A stretch of DNA of 64,000 nucleotides from Candidatus Hebobacterum abditum (GTDB taxonomy: Bacteria > Armatimonadota > Hebobacteria > Hebobacterales > Hebobacteraceae): contig JALGXW010000001.1 in NCBI GenBank assembly GCA_029821875.1, forward strand, positions 88,089-152,088, written 5' to 3'. The notes beneath the pieces are model-generated. The model ran no database searches. It had not been told where the DNA came from and saw only the letters and a list, made by a program, of their open reading frames with translations. Positions 35,578-45,082 of this stretch are shown one piece after another (positions within the stretch are counted from its first letter, which is position 1; every line of letters starts with the position of its first letter). A program made the position numbers and the translations under genes.

Positions 35578-38211
35578 ATGACGAGCCGGGAACTCCGGCA
35601 AAGCTTCCTGGACTTCTTCGCCCAGCGGGATCACCGCGTGATGCCCAGCGCGCCCCTCAAGCCCACCGACGAGACGACGCTCTTCACCAGTGCTGGCATG
35701 CAGCCTTTCGTTCCGTGGTTTCGAGGCATCGTGCCCCCAGAGGTGCCGAGAGCGGCAACATGCCAGAAGTGCTTCCGCTCCGATGACGTAGAGGAGGTCG
35801 GGCGCACCCCCTGGCACCTCACCTTCTTCGAGATGCTCGGCAACTTCTCGTTTGGCGACTACTTCAAGCGCGAGGCCATCGTCTACGCTTGGGAGTACGT
35901 CACCCAGGTCCTTGGGGTGCCGAAGAGCCGCATCTGGATCACCGTCTACCCGGAGGATGACGAGGCGCCGGAGATCTGGGCGAAGGACATCGGTGTCCCG
36001 CGGTCGCGGATCGTCCAGGATGAGACGAACTGGTGGGGGCCGATTGGCGACTCGGGACCGTGCGGGCCGGACACGGAGCTGCATCTCGACAGTGGAGACG
36101 ACCGAGGCTGTGGGCGGCCCGAGTGCGATCCGACATGCGATTGCCCGCGGTTCAATGAGGTCTGGAACCTCGTCTTCCAGGTGTATAACAAGACTCCGGC
36201 GGGCGAACTCGAGCCGCTGCCGCAACCTGGAATCGACACTGGCATGGGCATGGAGCGGCTCACCGCCCTCATCCAGGATGTGCCCTCGATCTTCGAGACC
36301 GACCTGCTCGCGCCGATCGTATCGGGAGTAATCGCGCGGGCGCGCGAGTCGGGACCGGAACTGCCGGAGCATCTCGACGAGAAACAGACGCAGGCGACGA
36401 GAGTGATCGCCGACCATACGCGCGCGCTCGCCTTCCTGCTTGCCGACGGCTTTACGCCCTCGAATGAGGGCGCGGGCTACGTGCTGCGCCGGGTGCTCCG
36501 GCGGGCCTACCGTTCTGGGAGGCGACTCGGCGTCGAGGAGCCATTCCTGAGCGAACTCGTCCCGTCGATCGTGGAGACGATGGGGCCTGTCTACCCGGAG
36601 CTCGTCGGTGCCCAGGAGCGTATCACGACCTGGATCAGGCAGGAGCAGCAGCAGTTCGAAGACACGCTGGAGCGCGGCCTCGGTCCGCTCATGGCGGCCG
36701 TCGAGCGGGCACGAGCAGCTGGGCTTGATGTCCTGCCGGGCGAAGACGGGTTCAAGTTGCACGACACTTACGGCCTGCCGAAAGAGCTAGCTGCCGATAT
36801 CGCTGCGGAGAGCGGCCTGCGGCTCGACGAGGAGGGCTTCGAGCGGGCCATGGCGGAGCAGCGGGAGCGGGCCCGCTCCCGGGCCCAGCAGGACTTCGCC
36901 TCCGCGATGCGCTCTGGCTATCAGAGCTTCGCCGGCAAGACGACCTTTCTCGGCTATTCGAGCTGTGCGGCCGAGAGCACGATCATTGGCATCATCAGAG
37001 ATGGCGGCCCCGTCGATCGGCTCGGCGAGGGCGAGGAGGGAGAGCTGTTCCTCGACACGACGCCGTTCTACGCCGAGAGTGGCGGCCAGGTCGGCGACCG
37101 GGGCACGGTGACGGCGGACGACACGGAGGCGGCCGTGCTCGACACCTACTATCCCGTGGAAGGCGTGCACGCGCACACCGTCCGGGTCGAGAGGGGCGAG
37201 CTTCGGGCGGGCCAGTCCGTGACGGCGCGGGTAGACGAAGAGCGACGCCAGGCCATCGCGAGGGCCCACACCGCGACCCACTTGCTCCATCATGTGCTCC
37301 GAGAAGTGCTCGGCGAGCACGCGGTGCAGTCGGGTTCGCTCGTCGATGCGGATCGGCTTCGCTTCGACTTCGCGCACTTCTCGGGCCTGACAGATGAGGA
37401 GCGTCAGCGAATAGAGGAAGGTGTCCTTAGACTGGCCCTGCAGGACTCGGCGCTCACTGCCCAAGAGATGACCTTGCGGGATGCCCAGGACATGGGCGCG
37501 ATCGCGCTCTTCGGCGAGAAGTACGGCGAGCAGGTCCGCGTCGTCCAGATCGGCGAGTTCAGCCGGGAGCTCTGCGGGGGCACTCACCTTGTTCACGCGG
37601 GCGCCATCGGGGGCTTCTTCATCGTGAGCGAGAGCAGCATCGGCGCGGGCCTTCGACGGATAGAGGCAGTGACCGGCACGGAGGCACAGCGATTGGCTCT
37701 TCGTCAACGGAGTCTGCTGGCGGAGGCGGCTGGGACGCTGAAGTGCCAGCCCGACGATGTCGCCGAGCGCGCGGGGGCGCTCCAAGGCGAGATACATGAG
37801 AAGCAGAGAGAGATCAGCCGCCTCCAGCAGAAGGGCGCGGGCGAGGCCGCGGCCGATCTGGTGAAGCAGGCTGTGGACGTACATGGCGTGAAGCTCGTGG
37901 CGGCGCGAGTGGAGGGTCTGGGGGACGATGCCATTCGCGGTCTCGTCGACGACCTTCGGACCCGACTCGGGTCGGGCATCGTGGTGCTCGGGGCAGCGGC
38001 CGACGAGGGTGTGCGCTTCATCTGCGGCATCACCGAGGACCTCGTCAAGGTTGGCTACCACGCGGGTAACCTGGTCCGGGAGGTAGCAAAGATCGCAGGC
38101 GGTGGGGGAGGCGGCCGGCCGGACTTCGCACAGGCCGGGGGCAAAGACCCGGAGCGGCTCGATGAAGCTTTGGCCAAAGCGAAAGATCTGGTCGCCGCGC
38201 AGAAGGAGTAG
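35578..38211 (+). CDS. alaS: Alanine--tRNA ligase
   Basis: TLFTSAGMQPF, TFFEMLGNFSFGDYFK, GPCGPD.E, IDTGMGMER, HTATHLLH, ELCGGTH, GGGGGRPDFAQAGG. Confidence 0.99.
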   Translation: MTSRELRQSFLDFFAQRDHRVMPSAPLKPTDETTLFTSAGMQPFVPWFRGIVPPEVPRAATCQKCFRSDDVEEVGRTPWHLTFFEMLGNFSFGDYFKREAIVYAWEYVTQVLGVPKSRIWITVYPEDDEAPEIWAKDIGVPRSRIVQDETNWWGPIGDSGPCGPDTELHLDSGDDRGCGRPECDPTCDCPRFNEVWNLVFQVYNKTPAGELEPLPQPGIDTGMGMERLTALIQDVPSIFETDLLAPIVSGVIARARESGPELPEHLDEKQTQATRVIADHTRALAFLLADGFTPSNEGAGYVLRRVLRRAYRSGRRLGVEEPFLSELVPSIVETMGPVYPELVGAQERITTWIRQEQQQFEDTLERGLGPLMAAVERARAAGLDVLPGEDGFKLHDTYGLPKELAADIAAESGLRLDEEGFERAMAEQRERARSRAQQDFASAMRSGYQSFAGKTTFLGYSSCAAESTIIGIIRDGGPVDRLGEGEEGELFLDTTPFYAESGGQVGDRGTVTADDTEAAVLDTYYPVEGVHAHTVRVERGELRAGQSVTARVDEERRQAIARAHTATHLLHHVLREVLGEHAVQSGSLVDADRLRFDFAHFSGLTDEERQRIEEGVLRLALQDSALTAQEMTLRDAQDMGAIALFGEKYGEQVRVVQIGEFSRELCGGTHLVHAGAIGGFFIVSESSIGAGLRRIEAVTGTEAQRLALRQRSLLAEAAGTLKCQPDDVAERAGALQGEIHEKQREISRLQQKGAGEAAADLVKQAVDVHGVKLVAARVEGLGDDAIRGLVDDLRTRLGSGIVVLGAAADEGVRFICGITEDLVKVGYHAGNLVREVAKIAGGGGGGRPDFAQAGGKDPERLDEALAKAKDLVAAQKE

Positions 38212-40234
38212 CGGGCCCCTCTGGTGTGTTGCACTGGGCCTCCTTGGGCTGGCTGCTCAGCCTCATCCCGCAGAGGGCACTACCGTCGCTCCGCCGCGCG
38301 CATCATCCTTCCGCGCAGGCTCGCGGGGCGCCCGCTCCCTCGTCATCGCACTCCCATCGGCATCGTGGCAGGACCTGCGCCAGTCGAGCGCCCCTAGCCT
38401 CCGCGATCTGACGGTGAAGGGCGGGATCGGGCTCATGCCTGCTCCCCCTGTGTCCAGTTCCGACCAGAATGGGATGTGGGTGACACTGGGCGCTGGACGG
38501 GCTGCAGTGGGCCCTTCGGCTATGCCAATCCCCGAGCCGGCGGGCGGGAAGTGGCGCATTGACCTGGATGGCGTCCGGCGGGCCAACGCGCATGCCCACA
38601 CGGGAGCGACACCCGGGCTGCTGGGTCAGAGGCTGCACGAGCTCGGTCTCACCACGGCAGTCGTAAGTCCAGGGGGAAGCGGCGGCGAGGCGGCACTGGC
38701 GCTGGCGGACGAGGAGGGGATCGTTGACGGTGTGTGGGCGGGGGAGGAGCTGAGAGACCCGGACAAGCTTCGGGACGCGCTTGCGGAGGCCCTGCGCCAG
38801 CACGCTGTTGTGCTCGCAGACCTCTCGGGGATGGACTCCCTGGAAGCGGCCGATCGCGCCATCGGGGAGGGGCTTGGTCTTCTCTGGCCTTCCGCGTTCT
38901 CCCTCGTTGTCGTGCTGTCGCCGAGGGCCGACGGCCTCACCAGCGCGGCCCATCCCCGACTGTCGCCGGTCGTTGTGGGGAGTGTCCGACGGCAGATCGA
39001 GATCAGGCCCGGGCTTCTCACCAGCGCGAGCACGCGGCGGGAAGGGCTGGTGACAGCGGCTGACATCGCACCGACGCTCCTGGAGTGGTGGGGGCGCGGG
39101 CCCTTCGCCGCGGCAAGTGGGGCGACAGGACATGTGATTCGCATCGTCGAGTCGCACGAGGCAGCCCAGGAACTCGACCGGCTCGACCTGATGCTGGTGG
39201 AGCGACAGAGGCTGCTTGCGCTTGCCGCGCAGCTCTACGCCGTGTACATGGGGGCACTGCTTGCGGCGGCGCTGGCGGTGGGCAGCTGGTGGCGGAGACA
39301 GTTCAGGTGGCTGGCGGTGCCCGCGCTCGTGGGAGCGCTCTTGCCCGTGGGGCTCCTCGTCGCACCACTGGCCGGACTGGGGCAGGCGCGGCAGTTGCTG
39401 GTGGCGGCCGGACTGGCAATCGGGGGAGCACTGGCGGCCTCGTGCCTGCCGCGGCCGGAGCGGTCCCTTGCCGTCGCGATGCTGATCGGCGCGGCTGTGA
39501 TAGTTGCCGATACCCTCCTTGGGTCTCCTCTCATGCGGCGCTCCGCAGTCGGCTTCTCGGTTGTGTCGGGCTCTCGCTTCTACGGCATCGGCAACGAATG
39601 CGTCGGCGTCCTTGCGGCAATGGCGGCCATCGGGTTGGGGGCGCTGCTCCAGGAGGCGCCGCAGCGGCGAAAGGCCGCGGCACTCATCGGCGTCGCCGTG
39701 GCGCTCGCGGTTGGCGCGCCGTGGTGGGGGGCCAACTGGGGTGGATACGTGGCCATCTTGGTCGGCCTTGTCTCGATGTGGATGCTTGCTAGCAGGCGTC
39801 GGGCAGGTGCAGTGATTCTCGGCCTCGCGCTGATCGTGGTTGCTGCTTCCCTTCCGGCCTTCCTGGATCTCTTGAGGCCGGTGGGCGAGAGGACTCACAT
39901 TGGCTCGGCCGCAGCACTGGTGGGGTTGCGCACAGACGTGCTGGCCGGTACGGTCGTGCGGAAGCTAGAAATGAACTCGGGGATAGCACGTGTCGCGGGC
40001 TGGTGGTGGCTTCTCGCGCCGCTCGCCGGCCTTGCCGCGCTGGGTATGCTGAAGAGGGTCGGCACTGCTCGACAGTCCCTCGCCGGGAAGCTGTATCTCT
40101 GTGCCGGCCTGTGGGGCGCTGTGGTAAGCGCGCTTGTGGCGATGGTAGTAAATGATTCAGGGGTAGTCTCAATGGCGATGGCACTTGCGGTCGCATCGAG
40201 CGCAGTTGTCTTCATAGGGGCGCGCAGTACGTGA
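38162..40234 (+). CDS. Polytopic membrane protein with an N-terminal alkaline-phosphatase-like extracytoplasmic domain
   Basis: Signal-like N-terminus; LTSASTRREGLVTAADIAPTLL; about ten TM helices with GSRFYGIGNE and VNDSGV. Start uncertain (overlaps the alaS end). Confidence 0.75.
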   Translation: MKLWPKRKIWSPRRRSSGPLWCVALGLLGLAAQPHPAEGTTVAPPRASSFRAGSRGARSLVIALPSASWQDLRQSSAPSLRDLTVKGGIGLMPAPPVSSSDQNGMWVTLGAGRAAVGPSAMPIPEPAGGKWRIDLDGVRRANAHAHTGATPGLLGQRLHELGLTTAVVSPGGSGGEAALALADEEGIVDGVWAGEELRDPDKLRDALAEALRQHAVVLADLSGMDSLEAADRAIGEGLGLLWPSAFSLVVVLSPRADGLTSAAHPRLSPVVVGSVRRQIEIRPGLLTSASTRREGLVTAADIAPTLLEWWGRGPFAAASGATGHVIRIVESHEAAQELDRLDLMLVERQRLLALAAQLYAVYMGALLAAALAVGSWWRRQFRWLAVPALVGALLPVGLLVAPLAGLGQARQLLVAAGLAIGGALAASCLPRPERSLAVAMLIGAAVIVADTLLGSPLMRRSAVGFSVVSGSRFYGIGNECVGVLAAMAAIGLGALLQEAPQRRKAAALIGVAVALAVGAPWWGANWGGYVAILVGLVSMWMLASRRRAGAVILGLALIVVAASLPAFLDLLRPVGERTHIGSAAALVGLRTDVLAGTVVRKLEMNSGIARVAGWWWLLAPLAGLAALGMLKRVGTARQSLAGKLYLCAGLWGAVVSALVAMVVNDSGVVSMAMALAVASSAVVFIGARST

Positions 40235-40671
40235 GCGAGAAGCGCGGGAGTGTGATTGGCCTCGACTTCGGAGAGAAGCGGATCGGCCTCGCGGTCAGCG
40301 ACCCATGCCGCGGCATGGCGCGGCCGCTCGACGTCATCGAGCGCCACTCTCTGTCGGAGGACGTGGCGCGCATCGGCGAGATGGCCAAGCGCCGGGGGGC
40401 GAGCAAGATGGTCGTCGGCCTCCCGCTCAACATGGATGGCTCCGTTGGCCCGCAGGCAAGGCGAGCGCGACGGTTTGCAGCGCGCCTGCGTCGAGAGCTG
40501 GGCCTGGAGGTCACACTCTGGGACGAGCGCCTGACCTCCGTGGAGGCGGAGAGAGCACTGCTGCATGCCGGCGAAGGGCGCTCACGCCGACGCGAGCTGC
40601 GAGATGCAGTGGCGGCGGCCCTCGTGCTGCAGGGGTACCTCGACGCGCAACGACGGAGTGTCGAAGAATGA
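40231..40671 (+). CDS. ruvX: RuvX/YqgF pre-16S rRNA nuclease / resolvase-like protein
   Basis: GLDFGEKRIGLAVSD, VVGLPLNMDG, WDERLTS, DAVAAALVLQGYL. Confidence 0.96.
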   Translation: MSEKRGSVIGLDFGEKRIGLAVSDPCRGMARPLDVIERHSLSEDVARIGEMAKRRGASKMVVGLPLNMDGSVGPQARRARRFAARLRRELGLEVTLWDERLTSVEAERALLHAGEGRSRRRELRDAVAAALVLQGYLDAQRRSVEE

Positions 40672-41687
40672 GGAGGAAGCGGCGCGGGCCGGCCTGCTGG
40701 CTCGCATTAGGCGCGCTGGCTGTGGCCTTCGCCCTGCTGGTGGGGGGCATCGTCCGCGGTCTCAGAACACCGCTTGGCCCGGGCCCGCCGCAGCTCATAT
40801 CGGTCGAGCCGGGGGAATCGGCGAGTGAGGTGGCGATGACGCTGCAGGACCGAGGGCTGGTTCGGAACGCGAACACCCTGGTGCTGGCCGCTTATGTCAC
40901 CGGCAAGTGGCGACGCATACAGGCGGGCCGGCACGAGCTGGCGCCGAGCATGTCCGCTCTGGACATGCTCGATGCCCTCTGCCGGGGCTCGCGCACTGCA
41001 TGGCACTGGATCACGATACCGGAGGGGCACAACCAGCGCCAGATCGCCGCAAGGCTGCAGGAGGAGCGCCTGGGGTCGGAGTCGGAGTTTCTCGCGGCGG
41101 CCGGCGCACCGGCGCGGTTCCAGGTCGCTTTCCCTCTCCCCGACGATAGCCTCGAGGGCTACCTCTTTCCAGACACGTACCGCGTGGATTCCGGCCAGAC
41201 TGAGGAGGGCATCATCGCACAAATGCTGCGCCGCTTCGAGCAGGTTGTGTGGGGAGGTCTCTTCCAGGAAACGGCGGAGTACAACGGGACAATGCTGCAC
41301 GAGATCCTCACCCTCGCCTCGCTGGTCGAGTGGGAGGCCCAACTGGATGACGAGCGTCCGACCATTGCGGGCGTTCTTGCGAATCGCCTCGAGCGAGGGC
41401 GGAAGCTGGAATGTGACGCGACCGTCCAATATGCCCTCGGCGAGAACCGCAGGTCGCGGCTGAGCTACGACGACCTCGCCATCGACAGCGAGTACAACAC
41501 CTATCTGCACACTGGACTCCCGCCCGGCCCGATCTGCAGCCCCGGGGAGTCTAGCATCCGTGCTGCCATGAATCCGGCCGACGTGCCCTACCTATACTAT
41601 GTCGCCCGTCCCGATGGCTCCCACGTGTTCACGACCACCTTCTCTCAGCATCAGGCCGCCATCGCCCGGGTCCGCCGAGAGCGCTGA
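40668..41687 (+). CDS. mltG: Endolytic transglycosylase
   Basis: TIPEG, LEGYLFPDTY, TLASLVE.EA, LECDATVQY, YNTY...GLPPGPICSPG, YLYYV. Confidence 0.96.
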   Translation: MRRKRRGPACWLALGALAVAFALLVGGIVRGLRTPLGPGPPQLISVEPGESASEVAMTLQDRGLVRNANTLVLAAYVTGKWRRIQAGRHELAPSMSALDMLDALCRGSRTAWHWITIPEGHNQRQIAARLQEERLGSESEFLAAAGAPARFQVAFPLPDDSLEGYLFPDTYRVDSGQTEEGIIAQMLRRFEQVVWGGLFQETAEYNGTMLHEILTLASLVEWEAQLDDERPTIAGVLANRLERGRKLECDATVQYALGENRRSRLSYDDLAIDSEYNTYLHTGLPPGPICSPGESSIRAAMNPADVPYLYYVARPDGSHVFTTTFSQHQAAIARVRRER

Positions 41688-41699
41688 GGTGATCGGGCG

Positions 41700-42539
41700 G
41701 TGAGCCGGCGAGGCCCCACGAAGATCGGGACCCCGAAGCCGCAGGTCGGTATGTGGCCGCGGCGGCGCCGGCCGCAGCGCCTGCTCTGGCCACAACTCCT
41801 CGAGTTCTGCGCCATAATCGGCTTCCTGGTGCTGTCGTACTACGGGCTGTTCTGGTATTGGGAGAAGACCGCGCCCCCGTCCACGATAGTGCCGCAGGTC
41901 GTCGGCATGACACAGCTCGAGGCGGCGAAAGTGCTCTCGGCAGCAGGTCTGAGATCTGACGTCGTCGCTCGAAAGACCGACGAGGAGGTCCCTGCGGGGG
42001 CCGTTCTGATTTCAGATCCCCCGCCTGGCCGCGAGGTGAAGCTCGGCCGCCTGGTGCGTGTGACGCTCAGCGCGGGGTCTCGCTGGGCAGTGGTGCCGGA
42101 CGTGCGCGAGATGTCTGTTGCGCGCGCTCGCGCTCTGCTGAGAACGGAGAACCTGACCGTGGGAAAGGAGACCGCCCGCTACAATGACAGCATTCCGCCA
42201 GGCTATGTCATAGGGCACGCGCCCGAGCCCGACCAGCAAGTGCCGCGCGGTACGCCCGTGGATCTGCTCATCAGCAAGGGGCCGGCTCCGCGCGTTCAGC
42301 CTCGCGATGACATAGGCGGCCCGGGCCTGAGGCGAACGGACATAGACTACGTCGTCCCGCCGGGGGCAAGCCTCCAGGAGGTGCGCATAGTCGTCGAGGA
42401 CCGCAACGGGCAGAGGACGGTCTACCGGGAGATGCACCGGCCGGGCGAGCGCGTGCGCGAGGCCGTGGAGGGCGAGGGGCCTGGCGTGACGGTGCGGGTA
42501 TACCTGAGTGGCCTGGTCGTAGAGGAGAGGCCGATTTGA
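41700..42539 (+). CDS. Membrane-anchored PASTA-domain protein (no kinase domain)
   Basis: One TM helix, two PASTA repeats (VPQVVGMT..EA..L; VPDVREMS..RA..L; ISKGP) and a small C-terminal beta domain. Confidence 0.9.
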   Translation: MSRRGPTKIGTPKPQVGMWPRRRRPQRLLWPQLLEFCAIIGFLVLSYYGLFWYWEKTAPPSTIVPQVVGMTQLEAAKVLSAAGLRSDVVARKTDEEVPAGAVLISDPPPGREVKLGRLVRVTLSAGSRWAVVPDVREMSVARARALLRTENLTVGKETARYNDSIPPGYVIGHAPEPDQQVPRGTPVDLLISKGPAPRVQPRDDIGGPGLRRTDIDYVVPPGASLQEVRIVVEDRNGQRTVYREMHRPGERVREAVEGEGPGVTVRVYLSGLVVEERPI

Positions 42540-42558
42540 GCGCGGGCGACCGAGTGCC

Positions 42559-44721
42559 ATGGCGCGTTATCGCATTGGCATAGACGTCGGGGGCACGTTC
42601 ACCCACGCGGTCGCGCTGGAGGCAAGCGGACTCGCCCTGGCCGCACAGGCCAAGGTGCCCACTACTCATCGCGCCGCGCGCGGAGTCGCCGAGGGGGTCG
42701 TTCAGGCCCTGCGCCAGCTCCTCGACACGGCGGACATACGCGCCGCCGACATCAGCTTCCTCGCCTACAGCACGACGCAGGTGACCAACGCCCTCCTGGA
42801 AGGCGACGTTGCCTCGGTGGGCATTGTCGCCTTGGGCTCGGGCCTGGAGGGGCGGCGCGTCGCTCAGCAGACGCGCATCGGCAGCATCCCGCTCGCGCCG
42901 GGGAGAGAGCTAGCCACGGTCCACACATACCTCGACCTGGCTGAGTCCGATGTGAGCAGCGCAGACCGGGCCCTCGCCGAGCTCAAGGAGGCTGGAGCGA
43001 TCGCCATCGTGGCCGCGCAGGCCTTCTCAGTGGACGATCCCCGGAGTGAGCTGGAGGTGATGGCACGGGCGGAGGCGGCCCACCTCCCGGCAACGGGCAC
43101 ACACGAGATAACCGGCAGATATGGTCTCCGCATGCGCACGCGCACCGCCGTCATCAACGCGAGCCTCCTGCCGAAGGCAATCGCCACCGCGGACCTGACC
43201 GAGGAGGCCGCGCGTGATATTGGGATCACCGCCCCGCTGATGGTCGTGCGCAGCGACGGGGGCGTCATGAGTGTGGATGAAGTGCGGAGGCGGCCGCTGC
43301 TCACTCTCCTGTCGGGGCCGGCGGCTGGAGTCGCGGCCGCGCTGATGTACGCCCGCGTCAGCGAGGGCGTCTTCCTGGAGGTGGGAGGCACGAGTACCGA
43401 CATCTCTGCAATCCGCCACGGGCGTGCCCTGCTTCGGACTGCTGAGGTGGGGGGACACAGGCTGTTCATGCGAACCGTGGACGTGAGGACGATCGGTGTG
43501 GCCGGCGGCTCTATGCCTCGTATCACGGGCGGCCAGGTCCACGCAGTGGGCCCACGGAGCGCGCACCTGGCAGGGCTGCCGTATGCCTGCTTCATGCAGC
43601 ACGGGAGGCTGGTCCCGGAAGGTTCGAACCTGCAGGTCAAGTTGGCCTCGCCCATCACCGGCGACCCGGACGACTACGCCATCCTGGAGACCGGTGTCGG
43701 CGAGCGCGTCGCAGTGACCGTGACCTGCGCCGCCAACGCGGCCGGACTGGTCCCGGAGGGCGACTTCGCCCGCGGGGATCTCGGCTCGGCGCGCGCGGCG
43801 GTCGCGGCACTGGGTGGGGTCCTCCACACACCGCCGGAGCAGGCGGCGCGGCGGGTGATGGACGTCGCCGCGGAGGCGCCGGCGACAGTCGTGGATGAGC
43901 TGATAGAGCAGCGGGGCACGACTCGCAGAGGCACCGAGCTGATTGCAGGCGGAGGAGGCGCCAGTGCTCTGGTGCCGGCCGTCGGGCAGAAGCTCGGCCT
44001 ACATGTTCGGCTGGCGCCAAGCGCGCCGGTCATCTCTGCTATCGGCACCGCGCTTGCATTGGTTCGAGAGGTGGTCGAGAGGACGGTTCCCGATGCCTCC
44101 GAGGAGGATCTGCTTCGGATACGGCGAGAGGCCGTTGAGGCCGTCGTCCGACAGGGTGCAGACCCCTCGAGTATTTCGGTTGACATCGAGTACGATGCAC
44201 GGACCGCGCTCCTGCGCGCCTTCGCCAGCGGCCAGACGGAGCTCCGCGAGCGAGATCTCGAGGCCGATGAGGCCAGCGACGAGGAGCGACGGCGCGCGGC
44301 GGCGAAGTCCTTGGCGGCGGCGCTGGAGGATGTCGCGCCGGTTGCCGACGCCGGCCTGCTCCGTGCTTATCGAGCTACCTGGGAACGAAAGCGGCTGCTG
44401 GGTCTGCTGAGAGAGCGCGGGCACGGCATTGCACTGGTGGACCCGCAGGCTGTAGTCCGACTTGTGCTCCCGCGGGGCTCGGTCGCGAGACTCACGGCGG
44501 GGGAGGTGAGAGAGGGGCTCTCGCACCTGCTGGAGGAGGAGACTCGGTACGGTGACGCAGGGGCTGAGCTGCCCCAGTTGTTCCTCGGGCTGCGGGGCCG
44601 GATCGTGAACCTCTCCGGGCTGGTGAGTCAGGCGCAGGTACTGTCGCTCGCCGAGGCCGAGGTGGCAGGAGTGGCACGGGACGAGCCGATTCTGGCCGCG
44701 ACGGCGCGACGCGGGATGTGA
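42559..44721 (+). CDS. Hydantoinase A/oxoprolinase family protein with a C-terminal extension
   Basis: IGIDVGGTFTH, STTQVTNALLEG, RTRTAVINAS, RSDGGVM, LLSGPAAG, EVGGTSTD, GVAGGS, VGPRSA. Confidence 0.92.
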   Translation: MARYRIGIDVGGTFTHAVALEASGLALAAQAKVPTTHRAARGVAEGVVQALRQLLDTADIRAADISFLAYSTTQVTNALLEGDVASVGIVALGSGLEGRRVAQQTRIGSIPLAPGRELATVHTYLDLAESDVSSADRALAELKEAGAIAIVAAQAFSVDDPRSELEVMARAEAAHLPATGTHEITGRYGLRMRTRTAVINASLLPKAIATADLTEEAARDIGITAPLMVVRSDGGVMSVDEVRRRPLLTLLSGPAAGVAAALMYARVSEGVFLEVGGTSTDISAIRHGRALLRTAEVGGHRLFMRTVDVRTIGVAGGSMPRITGGQVHAVGPRSAHLAGLPYACFMQHGRLVPEGSNLQVKLASPITGDPDDYAILETGVGERVAVTVTCAANAAGLVPEGDFARGDLGSARAAVAALGGVLHTPPEQAARRVMDVAAEAPATVVDELIEQRGTTRRGTELIAGGGGASALVPAVGQKLGLHVRLAPSAPVISAIGTALALVREVVERTVPDASEEDLLRIRREAVEAVVRQGADPSSISVDIEYDARTALLRAFASGQTELRERDLEADEASDEERRRAAAKSLAAALEDVAPVADAGLLRAYRATWERKRLLGLLRERGHGIALVDPQAVVRLVLPRGSVARLTAGEVREGLSHLLEEETRYGDAGAELPQLFLGLRGRIVNLSGLVSQAQVLSLAEAEVAGVARDEPILAATARRGM

Positions 44722-44761
44722 GTTCCGGCTGCCGAATCCGCAGCCGCCTCAGGAGGTATTG

Positions 44762-45073
44762 ATGGCCGACGTGGGTCGTTTGACGAAGGAAGAATGGGAT
44801 GATCTTGAGCCTCGGCTGGCCGAGGTCGATCGAGGCACCCACGAGCGCTTCACCAGCAGCGCCGAGGCGAAGTCATTGCTCGGCGAAACCGACAAGACTC
44901 CCGGATACGTGCTGCTCCAACACCTGAAGGAGCTTGGCGACGAGACCGCTGTCAAGCTTTTCCGCGCCACTGAGATGTACCATCACGAGATAACCCGTGC
45001 CGACATCGGCGTCGCGTATCTGCGGGGCAAGGAGGTCGGCCGAACCGAGGCGGAAGGCGAGAAGTCCCGATAG
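44762..45073 (+). CDS. Hypothetical protein
   Basis: Strong RBS AGGAGGT; 103 aa; fills the gap before proS. Confidence 0.75.
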   Translation: MADVGRLTKEEWDDLEPRLAEVDRGTHERFTSSAEAKSLLGETDKTPGYVLLQHLKELGDETAVKLFRATEMYHHEITRADIGVAYLRGKEVGRTEAEGEKSR

Positions 45074-45082
45074 GAGACGACC

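Noticed and set aside
38303-39898. 531-aa antisense ORF, and similar long shadow ORFs (e.g. 52549-53991, 24735-26090, 35473-38061, 29634-30887)
   Set aside because: They lie opposite well-supported genes, have Arg/Pro/Gly-skewed composition and show no motifs. Such ORFs are expected in high-GC DNA.
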